DNA of 54,784 nt, the filler included, from Sphacelaria rigidula (taxonomy: Eukaryota), in assembly GCA_964200075.2 (NCBI GenBank). It is 5 parts of 5 records of this genome, joined end to end, with 100 filler letters (N's around TTAATTAATTAA, not from the genome) between each part and the next. Parts side by side here need not be neighbours in the genome. Positions count along the whole stretch, not along the records: positions 1 to 10,879 come from CAXNAA020005750.1; positions 10,980 to 21,857 come from CAXNAA020005751.1; 3 more parts are not named here. The stretch is one strand, 5' to 3'. The notes under the pieces are model-generated. The model did no database searches and was not told the DNA's origin. It saw only the letters and a program-made list of their open reading frames with translations. Of the stretch, positions 1 through 11,468 are shown in pieces. How positions within the stretch are numbered: the first letter of the stretch is position 1; each line of letters begins with the position of its first letter. Position numbers and translations under genes: made by a program.

Positions 1-628
1 ATTGTGGGAAAAACCTCAGTTGTAAATCCTCAGTTTTCCATCAACGGTTCCAAAAGGGTTAAGAAATACGGCGGGGGAGGGGGCGAATTGTGCATGTGCG
101 AACAAGCATTTAGAGAAGGCAGCGGCATTGATGCTGGGCACATCGCTCTCCATGCAAGGTGCGAAAGCTGTAAGCAGCATACCGTGCGCCGCGACTGCTG
201 CTGTGCAACATTCTCTGTTATAGATAGGCAAGAGTGAGGTTGAAGTAGTTACCCCGTAAGTGAAACCCCGAGCAACCACACGCGCTGACCCTCCTTTTAC
301 TGCCAAGAATATTCAGCCCATTTTGTGACTTGTGGTGGCACGGACGCAACTGTACGCTACGACTGTGTTATATACTGCCTGCACCATGCCGCCGTCACTG
401 GGGCACACGGACAGTAGATTGCAACTTGGGAAAATAGACTGCCCGCGCAACACCAGCAATCAGTGAAGTTGATCAAGCTGATTAAAAATGACTTCCGTCG
501 AAGCTTCACTAGGGACAAACATCTCTGACTGGCCTGGCGCGATGCTTTCTGATGACGCTTAGACGGAGGCACTGCAATGCATGGCGTCCGTGTTCCCTTA
601 CACACATTCCTACTTTCTCTCGCAACAG

Positions 629-3600
629 ATCTCACGGAGAAAGCACGTCACCTAGAGAACGACCCTTCGCTGATCCCATCACGCAAGGGCGCGGTGCGTG
701 GCGAGGCTGGTGCTGAGAGGCGGACGAGACCGACCCGAAAACTACCTGACAAGAAGGGTTCGAAGAGTTCTAAGGGTGCTTGGGCCAAGGGCTTCCTTTC
801 TCCTGGTACCTCGAACAAACCAAAGGGTGAACTATCGCATGTTCAAGATGCAGCACCGGTGAGAAACGAGGCGGCCCCCTTGGGTACATCATGTTGTACA
901 TGTACAATATGGCCGACTACTTTTAGATGAGGTGTACTCATGATCATGCATGCCATAGTAATAAGACCATTGAGGCTTGCACTCAAACCGCCAAGCGCGA
1001 AGCGCCGTGGTGTGCTCGGCGAGTCGCATGGAGGGTGAGCTGCAGCCTGCCAAGCGTGCTCGGCCCGTAAGAGTGTTCGGCCCGAAACTTACTGATTATC
1101 TTGCATTTGGATGACAGCCAACAATGAGCTGCTTTATTTTCTGGTGTCGCCACTTCCAGAGACAGCCACGGCTTTCACACTGCATCATGGGTGCGTAACC
1201 AGCTTGCTATGAGGGGGGATTCGTTGATTTCCCCATCTTCCCTCGTATTTGCACGGTTTCCGTGGCAGCACTTTACTCAAAGCACTCGCCAAGTTCATGG
1301 TCCAAGCGCTTGAACTAAAGTCACCCCCCGAACCAGCAAAATCCTGTCTACAGTGCAGTGCTACCGCGGTGTGTGTACAGTCGGCGCTGTGCGTGCGCTG
1401 AGTTACATGCAGAGAGCAGTGGTACTACATTTCGGGGGTGCAAAATTTTCGAAACGAAAACGGAAGCTTGTGCACCCTCTTCCAACTTGCGGAACAGACG
1501 AACAACCTGCATTTTCTATTTTCCGCGGGAAATGGAAAATCGACCGAGAGTTTCCGAACTTGACCCGAACGTTAAGATTGGGCCCCCTAGAGTTGTTCAT
1601 CGTGGGGGGTTGTGGTTAATGACATTGGCCGCTATTTGCCCCGAGACACAGGAACTCATTGGCAACCAGCTGCAGCTTGTGCCTTCACCGTCGCGCGTGC
1701 AAACGGCGCTGCAGGTGGAGGGGGCAGCACTTCGTGGGCACGCGCATATTTTCGCCAGCAATGGGAAGCAGTCTTTGACGGCTAACTTCCTTTCCTATAG
1801 AAACACACGGCAGGCAGACACGGTCTAGGTTGTTTCCAACGTGTGCTCTCCCGTCGATTGTCGCGATGTTTGCCCCTCAGGGCGTTGCAGACACCAATGT
1901 GGAGAAAACAAGCGTATATTCTCGTACTCAGGCAGGAGAAATTAACACGGCGAAGTCTGACAGCATTGGGGTGAGTTTTAGACGACTGGTTCCATCAGTT
2001 AGAGTAAGCCCGGGACGAGGGGTCCCAAAATCCCTTCCCCAAGGATTGTAGGATTGTACGAATAAATCCCTTCCATAATGGTATCGACGCTAGGTTTTCG
2101 ACTTCAACGTTCTGCCCATCATGCTCAGCAGGTCATGTTGACGTTGGGGAGGGACTCACATTTGAAGTGAGCCACTTGCAAATCCTGTACTTGCTTGTTG
2201 GTGTCAACAGAAACGACTGGCTCGGGGGTTGTCTTCATCCCGTGCGAGTATTAAAATCCTCTTCGATTTTTCATCACCAGGACGCCATTAACGTTGGAGG
2301 AGAGGATGGAGCACCCATTGTGGAGATAAGGGAGTGGCTGGACTCGGAAGGGAATGAAACTGACGTCGACCTCAACGATCTTGGGAAGGTAGACGCCACT
2401 TAACGAATTTGGATTGCCGACACGTTTCGGTTGCGATTAGAGAGAACAACGATTTCGTGAGATTGAGAGTGGCTTTGATCATTCGCTTCAACTTAGACAA
2501 TTTTTCATTCCTTTTGTGCTTTTCTTCGCCTCGATCACGGGCGTGTGCTTACAGCTACACGTCGATATCCTACTCAGGGATGTCAAGGGTGGCAAGCTAC
2601 TAAAGAAAGCTAATCGGGCCTCGTGGAGGGGTATTTCGGAACTAAAACGATTCATTCACTAGTTGACCGCTTTTCACTCTCAATCGTATGCTCTCCTCCC
2701 TTTCTCACGAAAACACTCTTAGAGGCGACCACAATGCTGACTGGGCATGGCTGGATTCTTACGCGTGTTCGTTGTGAATATAAAATTACTGTGTATAGAA
2801 TCGGGTACATGGAGTTATGAGAATTCACTTTTCCCTGAACTTTGCCCTTGCGACTGCTGTATGGGGTACCCCCCATTGTTCTCCCGAACCTGTTTCTTAA
2901 GGTGCTGCAGAAGATACCGCAAGGCATTAAAAAGGACAAAGCTGCGAGACCAGATGGTGCGAGCGGCGTTGAATTGAGTGTTGAATCTGGTCGTGCAATG
3001 CATGATGGGTCCAACCTGGCTGATGTGTTCTCGAGGCTAGAAGAGCAAGAAGCAGCTGCCGAGGAGGAATTGAGCCGAGGTATGTTTGTACGGTGTGAAG
3101 AACCACCTCTGCGCACGTGGCCACGCCGGCTCCTCGTGAGAACGACCTCGGGTGGCGAATTGCTAGTATATTTCCCATGTTTCTGTACGCCATGCCCCTG
3201 CACTCCATCTCTGCCTGAACAAGCACCCCAAGTTTCGGACCTATTATAGCCTGGCACTTCACCTTGCGAGTTCTCGGAGAAGAGGATCAGCTCTACCGCC
3301 ACCCGTTGCCCTTCATCGAATTGCATAATTTATCGGATAAAAGTTCAACTTTTTAGGACGACGGACCCCCCCCCCCCCCCCCCCACCACCCCCACAAGGC
3401 CNNNNNNNNNNTAAACAAATAATACTTTTTTTTGACCCCCCCCCCCCCCCCCCCCCCCCCAAAGTCTTCAGCCGGGACTCAAATCCACGAAATCCGCTGT
3501 ATGTAGGGGCGCAAAGGTTTTTTGGACCCACCAATTTTTGTAGTCGAGAAAAAGGTGTGCCATCCAACTCCCTGGTTGGTTTGGCTTTAGACATGTTTTG

Positions 3601-4190
3601 ACCTGTACTGAGCCCAGATGCGCACATTGCAGGTTGCCTACCCTAGGGAATGTCAAGTACAATGCCCTAGTGCGACGCAAAAGCGTTCCTCAAAGGAGAC
3701 TTTGAGAACTCACAATTTGAAGGTTTGACCGGACGCCTCGCTGGTTCATCGCTTTGTTTAATATTGCCCAGCAGCTGCCAGCCCAACGCTTGGGTCACAG
3801 TGGAAAAAAGGATTTTTACGTGGACAGGCGAAACGGCCGGTCGTGAAGCCGGGCGCCACCGTAGCGTCTGCTAGGCACGAGCCTGTAGCGCCACCACCGG
3901 TACAGGTCGCCACTGCAGAAGACAGAGTTGCGAAAGAGCCGGTCGTGAATCCGGCCGCCACGGTAGCGTCTGCTACGCACGAGCCTGTAGCGCCACCACC
4001 GGTACAGGCCGCCACTGCAGAAGACAGAGTTGTCGCTGCAGACGACAGCGTGCGATCTTCCGCGTTCAAAGAAGCCATCGTCGAAAAACCCGTTGATACC
4101 AGCGCTACTCTGGGCATGCCACCAGCAACAGCACCCGCAGCAACCTCAAGGAGGATTTCGCGCTTTAAAGCTCGGCGCCAAGGCCTCTAG
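629..4190 (+). CDS. 5'-partial multi-exon gene, URI1/Bud27-like (unconventional prefoldin RPB5 interactor-like) C-terminal region; exons 629-858, 1881-1970, 2281-2388, 2902(or 2911)-3079, 3772(or 3775)-4190
   Basis: All exons have AG/GT boundaries with consistent phases (0,0,0,1) and join into one open frame ending in TAG at 4190. It contains 'IVEIREWLDSEG' and ends '...AFKEAIVEK...RRISRFKARRQGL', resembling the EIRE motif and C-terminal SRFK motif (DUF3835) of URI1/Bud27. Family call is from motif recall only. Confidence 0.65.
2445..2718. mobile_element. MITE family A, degenerate intronic copy
   Basis: Colinear with 5323-5593; ends are AACAACGATTTCGTGAGATTGAG ... TCTCACGAAAACACT. Confidence 0.75.
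3837..4032 (+). repeat. Coding tandem duplication, 102-bp period (34 aa: PVVxPxATVASAxHEPVAPPPVQxATAEDRV)
   Basis: Two near-identical copies start at 3837 and 3939 inside the last exon. Confidence 0.95.
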
Positions 4191-4272
4191 ATTGTGATTT
4201 TCACCTTGCCAGACATGCCGTTCCTGCATGAAGAAATATATGACTCGTCAAAAGCCTCCGTAGGGTTTTTCA

Positions 4273-6828
4273 TCACTTTGCCATTTCATCACGATGTCCA
4301 CGTCTACGTTGAGAGTCCCATGATGAATTGTTCTTCTCGATAGCTGCCTCGGCAAACTCGATAAGACTGTCCGCGTCATGCATAGAAGCTGTGCACCTAG
4401 CGAGGCAGTCCGATGTGGCGGCAGCACCTTGTACCCTTACGAGCTCATCCTGACGTGAACAGAGGGCGAAGAGGATGGGAAACGCCGTGTCACATCATAG
4501 TTGGTATTAGCGTCATGCCATGGCTGTACAGGTTGCCTCGTCGCAGGTGCCACGGGCGCTAGAGTAGACGAGCACTGATAGCAAGACAACGAAATGTGTC
4601 ACCTGTGCAAGATGAAGAACGGCCAGCGCAATATATTGGAGTGTATCTCCTCCCTCCCAAAACAGAACGTCCCACACCCTCAGAACCGTCGATGGTGGCA
4701 GAGCTCGGCATCCCAGCGACAGAAAGAAGTCGCACGCCAAAATCTCCGGCGGCAGCCCGCGCGAGTCTAGATGTTCTAATAGCTGCGGCAAGTGCTCGTC
4801 CATTAAAGCCCTGAATCGGAGGACCAGCGCAATGATGTGAACAACGGCGTCACATGGCGCGAGCGGACAAGCATGGCCACACACCCTTTTCAAGGGGATA
4901 TTTTACTGGCCGAATTAGGATTGTCGAGTTGTCACATTGATGGGATACCTCAACAATCCCACACTCTATACCCAGCCCTCGCCGGTAGTAGCCGCTGCCA
5001 TGTCGGGGCAATGCAATACGCATGTGATGCGTTAATGACGCGAATCGCATTGCGCAAAAAAGGTGGGCCACAAACGGCGCACACCCCCTTGACTCCAACT
5101 ACAGCCAGCCGTGGCATTTGCGCTTGGTGGCATCCCCCTACCTTAGAGTGACACCTCCATTTGTGGAGGAAATATGTGAAAGTCCTTTCCAGTGACCCGG
5201 CATCACCGTGATACCCAGAGCGTCAAGAAGCCAAAAGCACGAATCCTCCCGCCCATCGGCTGTTCGAAGGAGGAACAACGCGACCGAGTTCATCCCCTGC
5301 AAACAAGAGAACAAACAGGAGTAACAACGTTTTCGTGAGATTGAGAGTAGAGCGCTCATTGAGAGTGGCTTTGATCATTCGCTTTAACTTGGCCAATTTT
5401 TCATGCCGTGTGTGCTTACAGCTACAGGTCCAAATCCTCCTCGGGGATATCAAGGGCCTCAGTGGCAAGCTACTACAGAATGTGTATCGGGCCTCGTGGA
5501 GGGGCATTTCGGAACTGAAACGATTCATCCACTATTTGACCGTTTTTCACTCTCAATCGTATCCTCTACCCTCAATCTCACGAAAACAGTGTTGAGTGAC
5601 CTCAAGAACATGATAGATGAAGTTTTCGATTGTTCGAGGCGTATCTCACGATGTTGACGTGCGATCGGCCTGCCATGACCACGCACAGAATGTAGACGTA
5701 CTCTGTTATATCCATCAACTTTGCGGTCTCTGTGTGCCCACACCTAGTTCGGCAATGGCGACGCAAGTGTGTGTCAATCGAAGAGGCTAAGCGGTATTTA
5801 GCACGCACCTATTGCCACACTCAGGCGACTCGGTTACATTTCGACAATACCTGGCAGTAGCCCGTGCTTGGGTTCTTGAGAGCAAACGCTCGCAGCACGC
5901 GGCGTATTCGCTCCCTCTCGTCACTATCTCTGACATTAGTGCGGTTGACATCTCCGTCGATTGTCTGAAATACGTCGGCTGCCATTCGATATTCCTCAGC
6001 GTCACCCCCATTTCGACACCACTCCTCCTTGTTGACTACACTGACTAAAGCTGGATACTGCTCCCGATCCTCCGTCACTGACGACTGGCAGACGAGCAGC
6101 ATGAAGAAATGAGCGATTGCAGGTGGCCGAAGGGTGAGTTGTGTAAGCGAAGGCACAATGAGCCACTAGCTCACCATTGAAGCCGTATAAAAGCCCGAAG
6201 TGTAGAAGGCAAAGTAGATAACACGCACCACGACGTGAGCGTCTCCCTCTCAGGTTAAAAAACCCCGAACACGCGAACAACGAACTGAGCGCGGCATTGG
6301 TTGTTCACCTTGTGCGCTGCGCCAGATAGCAACATCCACACTGTCACGCGCAGGCTGTTCAGTAGAGACAGCTGGCGTGGACCCTGCTCAGGAAGCGCCA
6401 GCTCAAGCTCTGAAGGCATGCGAGCCAAGTGGCGTGCGACCTCCGCGTCGACGCCCGCGAGGAGTCCCGTCCCAGGACAAGGAGGAAAACCCAAGAAGGC
6501 TCTGACATCGGCTTGGACACAGCTGTCTGCTCGAATAGCATTGATCGTCAGTCTTCGAAGAGCAACCTCCAAGGCCACTCTTCGATCTTCCAAGAACTCC
6601 TGGGCGGATACACAGTAACGTCAAGGGTCGAGGTTTACATTCTGTACCGCCGTAAGAACTGCAGTCGGCGTGGCGTGGAAGCCCCCGTGCGTACGTTAAC
6701 CCATTCTTGTATGAGATGTCAAATGAATCCGTCCCAAAGGACGAAGTCAAGAACACGTGATAAAGAGCGAGTGTTCGTACCATCGAGTATCCGTACGTGC
6801 GTGAAGGTTTCAGCCCATCACTCCACAA
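4273..6828 (-). CDS. 5'-partial Rab GTPase-activating protein (TBC domain) preceded by a probable PX-domain C-terminus; exons 6828-6781, 6599-6309, 6084-5851, 5296-5142, 4810-4603, 4449-4273
   Basis: Phase-consistent GT-AG exons and a TGA stop at 4273-4275. TBC motifs: LRVTVWMLLSGA, IDGDVNRT (IxxDxxR), RRVLRAFA..GYCQ|GMN, FWLL, LPQLLEHL, VLRVWDVLFWEG. Upstream 'PSRTYGYSM|EFLEDRRVALEVALRRL...VRAFL' resembles the end of a PX domain. Confidence 0.9.
5323..5593. mobile_element. MITE family A (~270 bp, terminal inverted repeats) in a TBC gene intron
   Basis: Left end GTTTTCGTGAGATTGAGAGTAG; right end CTACCCTCAATCTCACGAAAAC (near-perfect reverse complement). Other copies at 2445-2718 and 10822-10879 (cut by the contig end); short remnant near 32738-32765. 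Confidence 0.85.
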
Positions 6829-7544
6829 CTGCGGGGGGAAAGCAAAAAGAGCGGAGAACTCGATATTGGAGCAACTTCACGGTAAGCGTGTGGGGAGATA
6901 TCGAAGGGGTTGCGCAACTCGACACTAGGGACGCATCAGATATTTAAAACCGATATTTTCACGGAACCAAATGTGCGGCGCACCAAATATATTGCAAATA
7001 CTGTGGACAATATGCGCACCCCATTAGACGGTTCCTGTAATATGGCGGGGCTCGAAGGGCCAGGATATTTTTTGTGTTCGCCTTGATCCCAGCGATAAGT
7101 GAAGTGTGTCGCAAGGCCAAGAAAAAAAAAAAAATACTGCACCCTTGGATAATTTCCATCTTCATGAGTTAAGGCCATTTTTGTGCAGGTTGGTCTTGTG
7201 TTTCGCCCTCAACTCATGATGAAAGAACTCACCGTGCGGCATGTATGTTATTACTTTTGCCCCTGCCATGCACCATACCACATTTCAAAATATAGCCCTC
7301 GCGTGTGTTACAGTAGTTAGCGGTTGAACGAGGCGATTTTTGTAATTCTTGTAGTTGGCGATTTTCAAACGTTTCTTCGCGTGCCACCGATCACGATGAA
7401 CGATTCATCCCAAATGTTTGGGATCGGGAGATATTAGGCGTCCGCTCCACATTCCGAAAAAATAGAGTATCTCTGCAATCAAGATTGAACGACTTGAGGC
7501 GTGTCTCAGAACTTCTTGTTTTGATAAAAAAAAGTGCGGTCGTT

Positions 7545-7744
7545 TTTTTTCGCCGATCTGATAGGTCCACCGTATTTATGTCCCCAGAAGGCTTCAACTC
7601 AAAATGATAATTAGCAGCGCACGGAGAAAAAAATGCTTGAGTCGAAAAATATTCCTGTTCGATCGGAAACATGCGGTCGAAAGGCACGAAGCGGCACGCG
7701 ACTCCTACCTTACAGACCACCACGCCAGATAACACCTGCACAGG
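7545..7744. repeat. Dispersed repeat shared with 21655-21857
   Basis: ATCTGATAGGTCCACCG...GGCTTCAACTCAAAAT...GTCGAAAGGCACGAAGCGGCAC...TTACAGACCACCACGCCA is present in both contigs. Confidence 0.85.
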
Positions 7745-8339
7745 GCCATGCTAACTCCATCCAACTCACTCTCAATTACCACCGCAACCTGCAGCGTAGA
7801 GCACGAGTTGAGCCCAGGGATAGATGCACTGCAGTAGTTGGGTGTGCTTTGTTTATTTTTGTTGGCGAAAACTTGCGCATTATTTCTCATGGTAGGGATC
7901 AGCGACGGAACTGCGTGGTACGGTGGGCCACCGAGTTGCGTGCACGCTCATGGACAGTGCAGGCAATACAAAGCTGCACGTTGCTGAAGTCCTCTTCACA
8001 TAGCATTGGAAGTAGAGATAACTGATAGTCCTGGGCTGTCTGCACTGCACGTTGCTCAGTTCTCTTCTATATCCTCCTGTACGAAACGCGTACACACGCA
8101 CTCAAGACACTGCTTGCAAGCAGTCCAGACAGTACAGACTGTCTGTGCTGTACACGAGTGACCATGTACGGCTTCACGAATTTCCCTGTTTTTTTTCGAT
8201 CGAAAGCTCGAAAATTCATCTGGAACCAACTGCATCAAAACGAGAAAATTACGCTCAGATCGATTCCACTGCCCCATTCTTTCGATCGAAAAAAAAAGTG
8301 CCAAGACACGCCCTCACAGGCTGACCGGTCCTTGGTGAT

Positions 8340-8645
8340 CTTGCGACTACACAGCCCGAGGTTCTGACTATTCGGTATTCTTATTCAATTGAAGCAAGCC
8401 CGATTGTTCTCATGAAAAATCTCGAAGAACTTTTTATAGAAGTAATTCCTACATACTCATCGCGCTAGAGCCGAAAAAGTGTGTTTCTGGACAAGTGATG
8501 GTCGGTAACACCCCCTGATGAACGAGGTCCTACTCCGCATCATCCCGTCAACATCAACTTGAGGATTATGCCATAAGTATGACCTGCTTCTTTTACTAAT
8601 ATATATCGACCCTAGGGCCTTCGAGTGCTAACGAAGAGAACTACG
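8340..8645 (-). repeat. Dispersed repeat family B, inverted copy
   Basis: The reverse complement aligns with 8980-9260 and 22945-23245 (e.g. GCTAGAGCCGAAAAA vs TTTTTCGGCTCTAGC; GGGCCTTCGAGTGCTAA vs TTAGCACTCGAAAGCCC). Confidence 0.75.
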
Positions 8646-8696
8646 CGACAAAAATAAGGAAAATACACAACGACAGAAATCAACCAACCGAGCTCT

Positions 8697-8940
8697 GCAT
8701 AAAACAGGGGGGGGGGAGGGGGTTCCTCATTTGTTGCTTGCCTTGGTCGTTTGAACAGTGACCACGTATCTCTTTCGAGACGGAGCACCGTTATAAAACA
8801 AAGAGGCGAACCAACCCCGATCGTTCTCGCGAAAAATTGTACAGAACTGTTTTCTTTTTTTCTTTTCGCCTCTTCATTGCGCTACTGCCAACAAAAAATG
8901 TGTTACGGACCAAAAACGGTCAACAACACCCCCTATCGAT
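8697..8940. mobile_element. MITE family C, degenerate copy (G-run termini)
   Basis: GGGGG..CTCATTTGTTGCTTGCCTTGGTCGTTTGA matches 45755-45800; the right end is CCCCCTATCG. Confidence 0.55.
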
Positions 8941-8979
8941 TTTTGTTGTTGGGTATTTTTGTGTTCTTCAATTTTCTCG

Positions 8980-9480
8980 CACAATATTCTTCATTGGCAC
9001 TCGAAAGCCCTAGCGTCTACAGATGTTGGAGAAAGAAGCGGATCGTGCTCAGGACACAATCCCCAAGTTGTTGTTGTCTGGATGATACGGAGTAAACACC
9101 TCGTTTATCAGGGGATATCAACGACCGTAACTGGTCGACAAAACAGAGTTTTTCGGCTCTAGCGCAATGCGTAGGTGGGAAGTCGGAAACAGTGAAATTC
9201 ATTGCTTCAGTCGAGCAAAAATAACAAAGAGCCCGAGAACCTGGGGCTGTGTAGTCGTAGGACACTCGAAGACCTGTCAGCCCGTAAGTTGTTCAATAAT
9301 CGAATGCGGTGATAAGTTTCTTTTCGGGATGTGGAGCGAATGCCTGGTATCTCTTGATCCCTGAAGCTTGGGATCAAACGTTCACTGTGATGAGCGGTGA
9401 CACGAGAAAAAACGTTTGAAATCCGCCGCCTACGAAAAAATTACAAAAACCGCCTCGATTAGCCGTTAACTACTGTAGCG
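8980..9480 (+). repeat. Dispersed repeat family B
   Basis: Colinear with 22945-23463 over ~500 bp. Confidence 0.8.
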
Positions 9481-10879
9481 CCAAGGGCGGGTGAAAAAGC
9501 AAATCGTGGACCCCCCCTCAGCAGCTCCTTATTTGATTTTTCTTGTTCTAAAACGAGACACCTGTTCATCAGCCTTTGGGGCGTCAGTTGCTCAGCAACA
9601 CGTTGTCGAAACAACGCGCACGAGCCGTGCGTGGTTTGTTCGTGTGTTTCATTAATAAATCGAATGGTGTGCAATGGTGTGAGCAGTGTGAAGTGTTGTT
9701 TTCAATTAATTTGTGGATGGCTCTTTGCTGATTCAAGGTGATTCAAGCAAGCAAGTACAAATAATTACGCCAAATACATTACGCAGATCCTCCAGCTACA
9801 CCCCCTCAGCCACACTAGTGCGGCCGCTGCAGTGGTTGCTGCGATCACAGACGGGTGAAGGGTTTGTGGTTCGTCGCAACTGCCCCCCTCCCCCACCTCG
9901 ATATTTTACCCCAACTCAACCATCAACCCGTTCCCCGTCACCGCGTGGTTGACGGTTACAGTTTTTAGTCTCGCCGCGTTTTTGCGAAAAGTCCTTGGCA
10001 CTGCTTGTTCCGGTGTTAGGGTGTCGAACTCTTGTCATCTGACTCGCTTGGGTTTGCTAGGATCCATGATGAAGTTGCATCAAGCAATGGATCAAGCGGT
10101 TTATGTTCGCATACACAGCGTGCTTCAAGCCCAACACCGAACCAAGACTTGCCGAGACCGCGGCTGCTGTTTTGTTCTTCGCTGCTTGTGCTTGGGTGTG
10201 CTCTGCACGTGAAGTCTAAAACCAAGTAACTTGTGGTTGAGCTTGGTTGCATTGATTATATAGGATTTAGTATAGAACGCTATCAAGACACCCTGCTTGC
10301 AAGCAGTGCAGGCAGTGCAGACTGTCTGTACTAAACACGAGTGACCATGTTCCGTTTCACAAATTTCACTGATATAGTATAACCGAGGTGGAGTTTGGGG
10401 TGTTGCCAAATAATGTCTGGGTAGTAGTTCTTATAGCTACCTAGCCGTATATTTCTCTCGGGTGCGGTAGTCGTTAGTGCATGTGCATGTAATTATTCTT
10501 GTGTTCGGGGAGAAACCCTTAAGCCCTCCGAACACATGGTTGCGAACTTATTGTACTGCACGGTCTTGTTTCGAAAATGGATGTAGTAGAAACCCCCGAG
10601 CCCTCCAACCCCATGGTTGCGGATTTACCGAACTGTACAGTCTTGTTTCGAAAACAATTAGTACAGTCTGTGGTGTTGCCAGATGATGTCGCCTAGCTAG
10701 CCTCGCCATATATCCCGCAGACGGTCGACGAGGGAAAGGCAGTGCTGATCGTCTGTCACAATAAAAATATAAAAGGCAACCACCATATAAAGTTACAGCT
10801 CCGAATGGGGGACATTTAACTGTGTTTTCGTGAGATTGAGAGTAGATGATACGATTGAGAGTGGCTTTGATCATTCGCT

Positions 10880-10979
10880 NNNNNNNNNNNNNNNNNNNNN
10901 NNNNNNNNNNNNNNNNNNNNNNNTTAATTAATTAANNNNNNNNNNNNNNNNNNNNNNNNNNNNNNNNNNNNNNNNNNNN
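10880..10979. other. Artificial contig spacer (N44-TTAATTAATTAA-N44)
   Basis: Six-frame stop linker in a 100-bp N block, repeated identically four times in the window. Confidence 0.98.
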
Positions 10980-11062
10980 GGCTGATGCACCCACATACAC
11001 CGAAAGGTGCAGACTGGTGCCCAGAATAAATGGGACAACAACACACAACACAACACACACAC
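10980..11062 (+). mobile_element. 3' end of the tRNA-derived SINE family with CA-rich tail
   Basis: GCTGATGCACCCACATACACCGAAAGGTGCAGACTGGTGCCCAGAATAAATGGGACAACAACACAC matches 16173-16240. Confidence 0.8.
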
Positions 11063-11468
11063 TCTGGCTTGCACTGTTAGCAACGTGTACCACAGCTGAC
11101 GGCATATAACACCGCTTGTGTTTGCACATATGCAACTGTAGCGAAACGTAGCGCATACGGCGTACTCTACAGTACAGCATCGCACATTCCTGCACGGTGT
11201 GGTACGGTCGACTACAGCACTATACCGGTGCGTGCTTGTGCTGACTCGTATCCCTCTTCAAGAACAAACTGCGACCAATATTATTCGATGTGGCCTTACT
11301 TTGCTCGATTCAACTTGCTCTTGTGTGCAAATACAGTGCGACGATAGGCTGGGGACTATGGATTTCTCAAATTTATGTACGTGAAACTCCAGGGTACATG
11401 CCATACACCCACCATCACCAGCTGAAGCTTCGGAGCATGGCCGTATGTACATATGCTAGCAGTCAGTA

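Noticed and set aside
2652-3326. 224-aa minus-strand ORF
   Set aside because: It is an antisense shadow of the + strand exon 2902-3079 and runs into MITE sequence.
10524-10655. Two ~78-bp tandem units
   Set aside because: Real but short and diverged; probably internal to an unclassified repeat, with no further structure seen.
10924-10935. TTAATTAATTAA palindrome recurring every ~10.98 kb as a possible biological periodic site
   Set aside because: It is always centred in exactly 44+44 Ns, so it is a synthetic linker.
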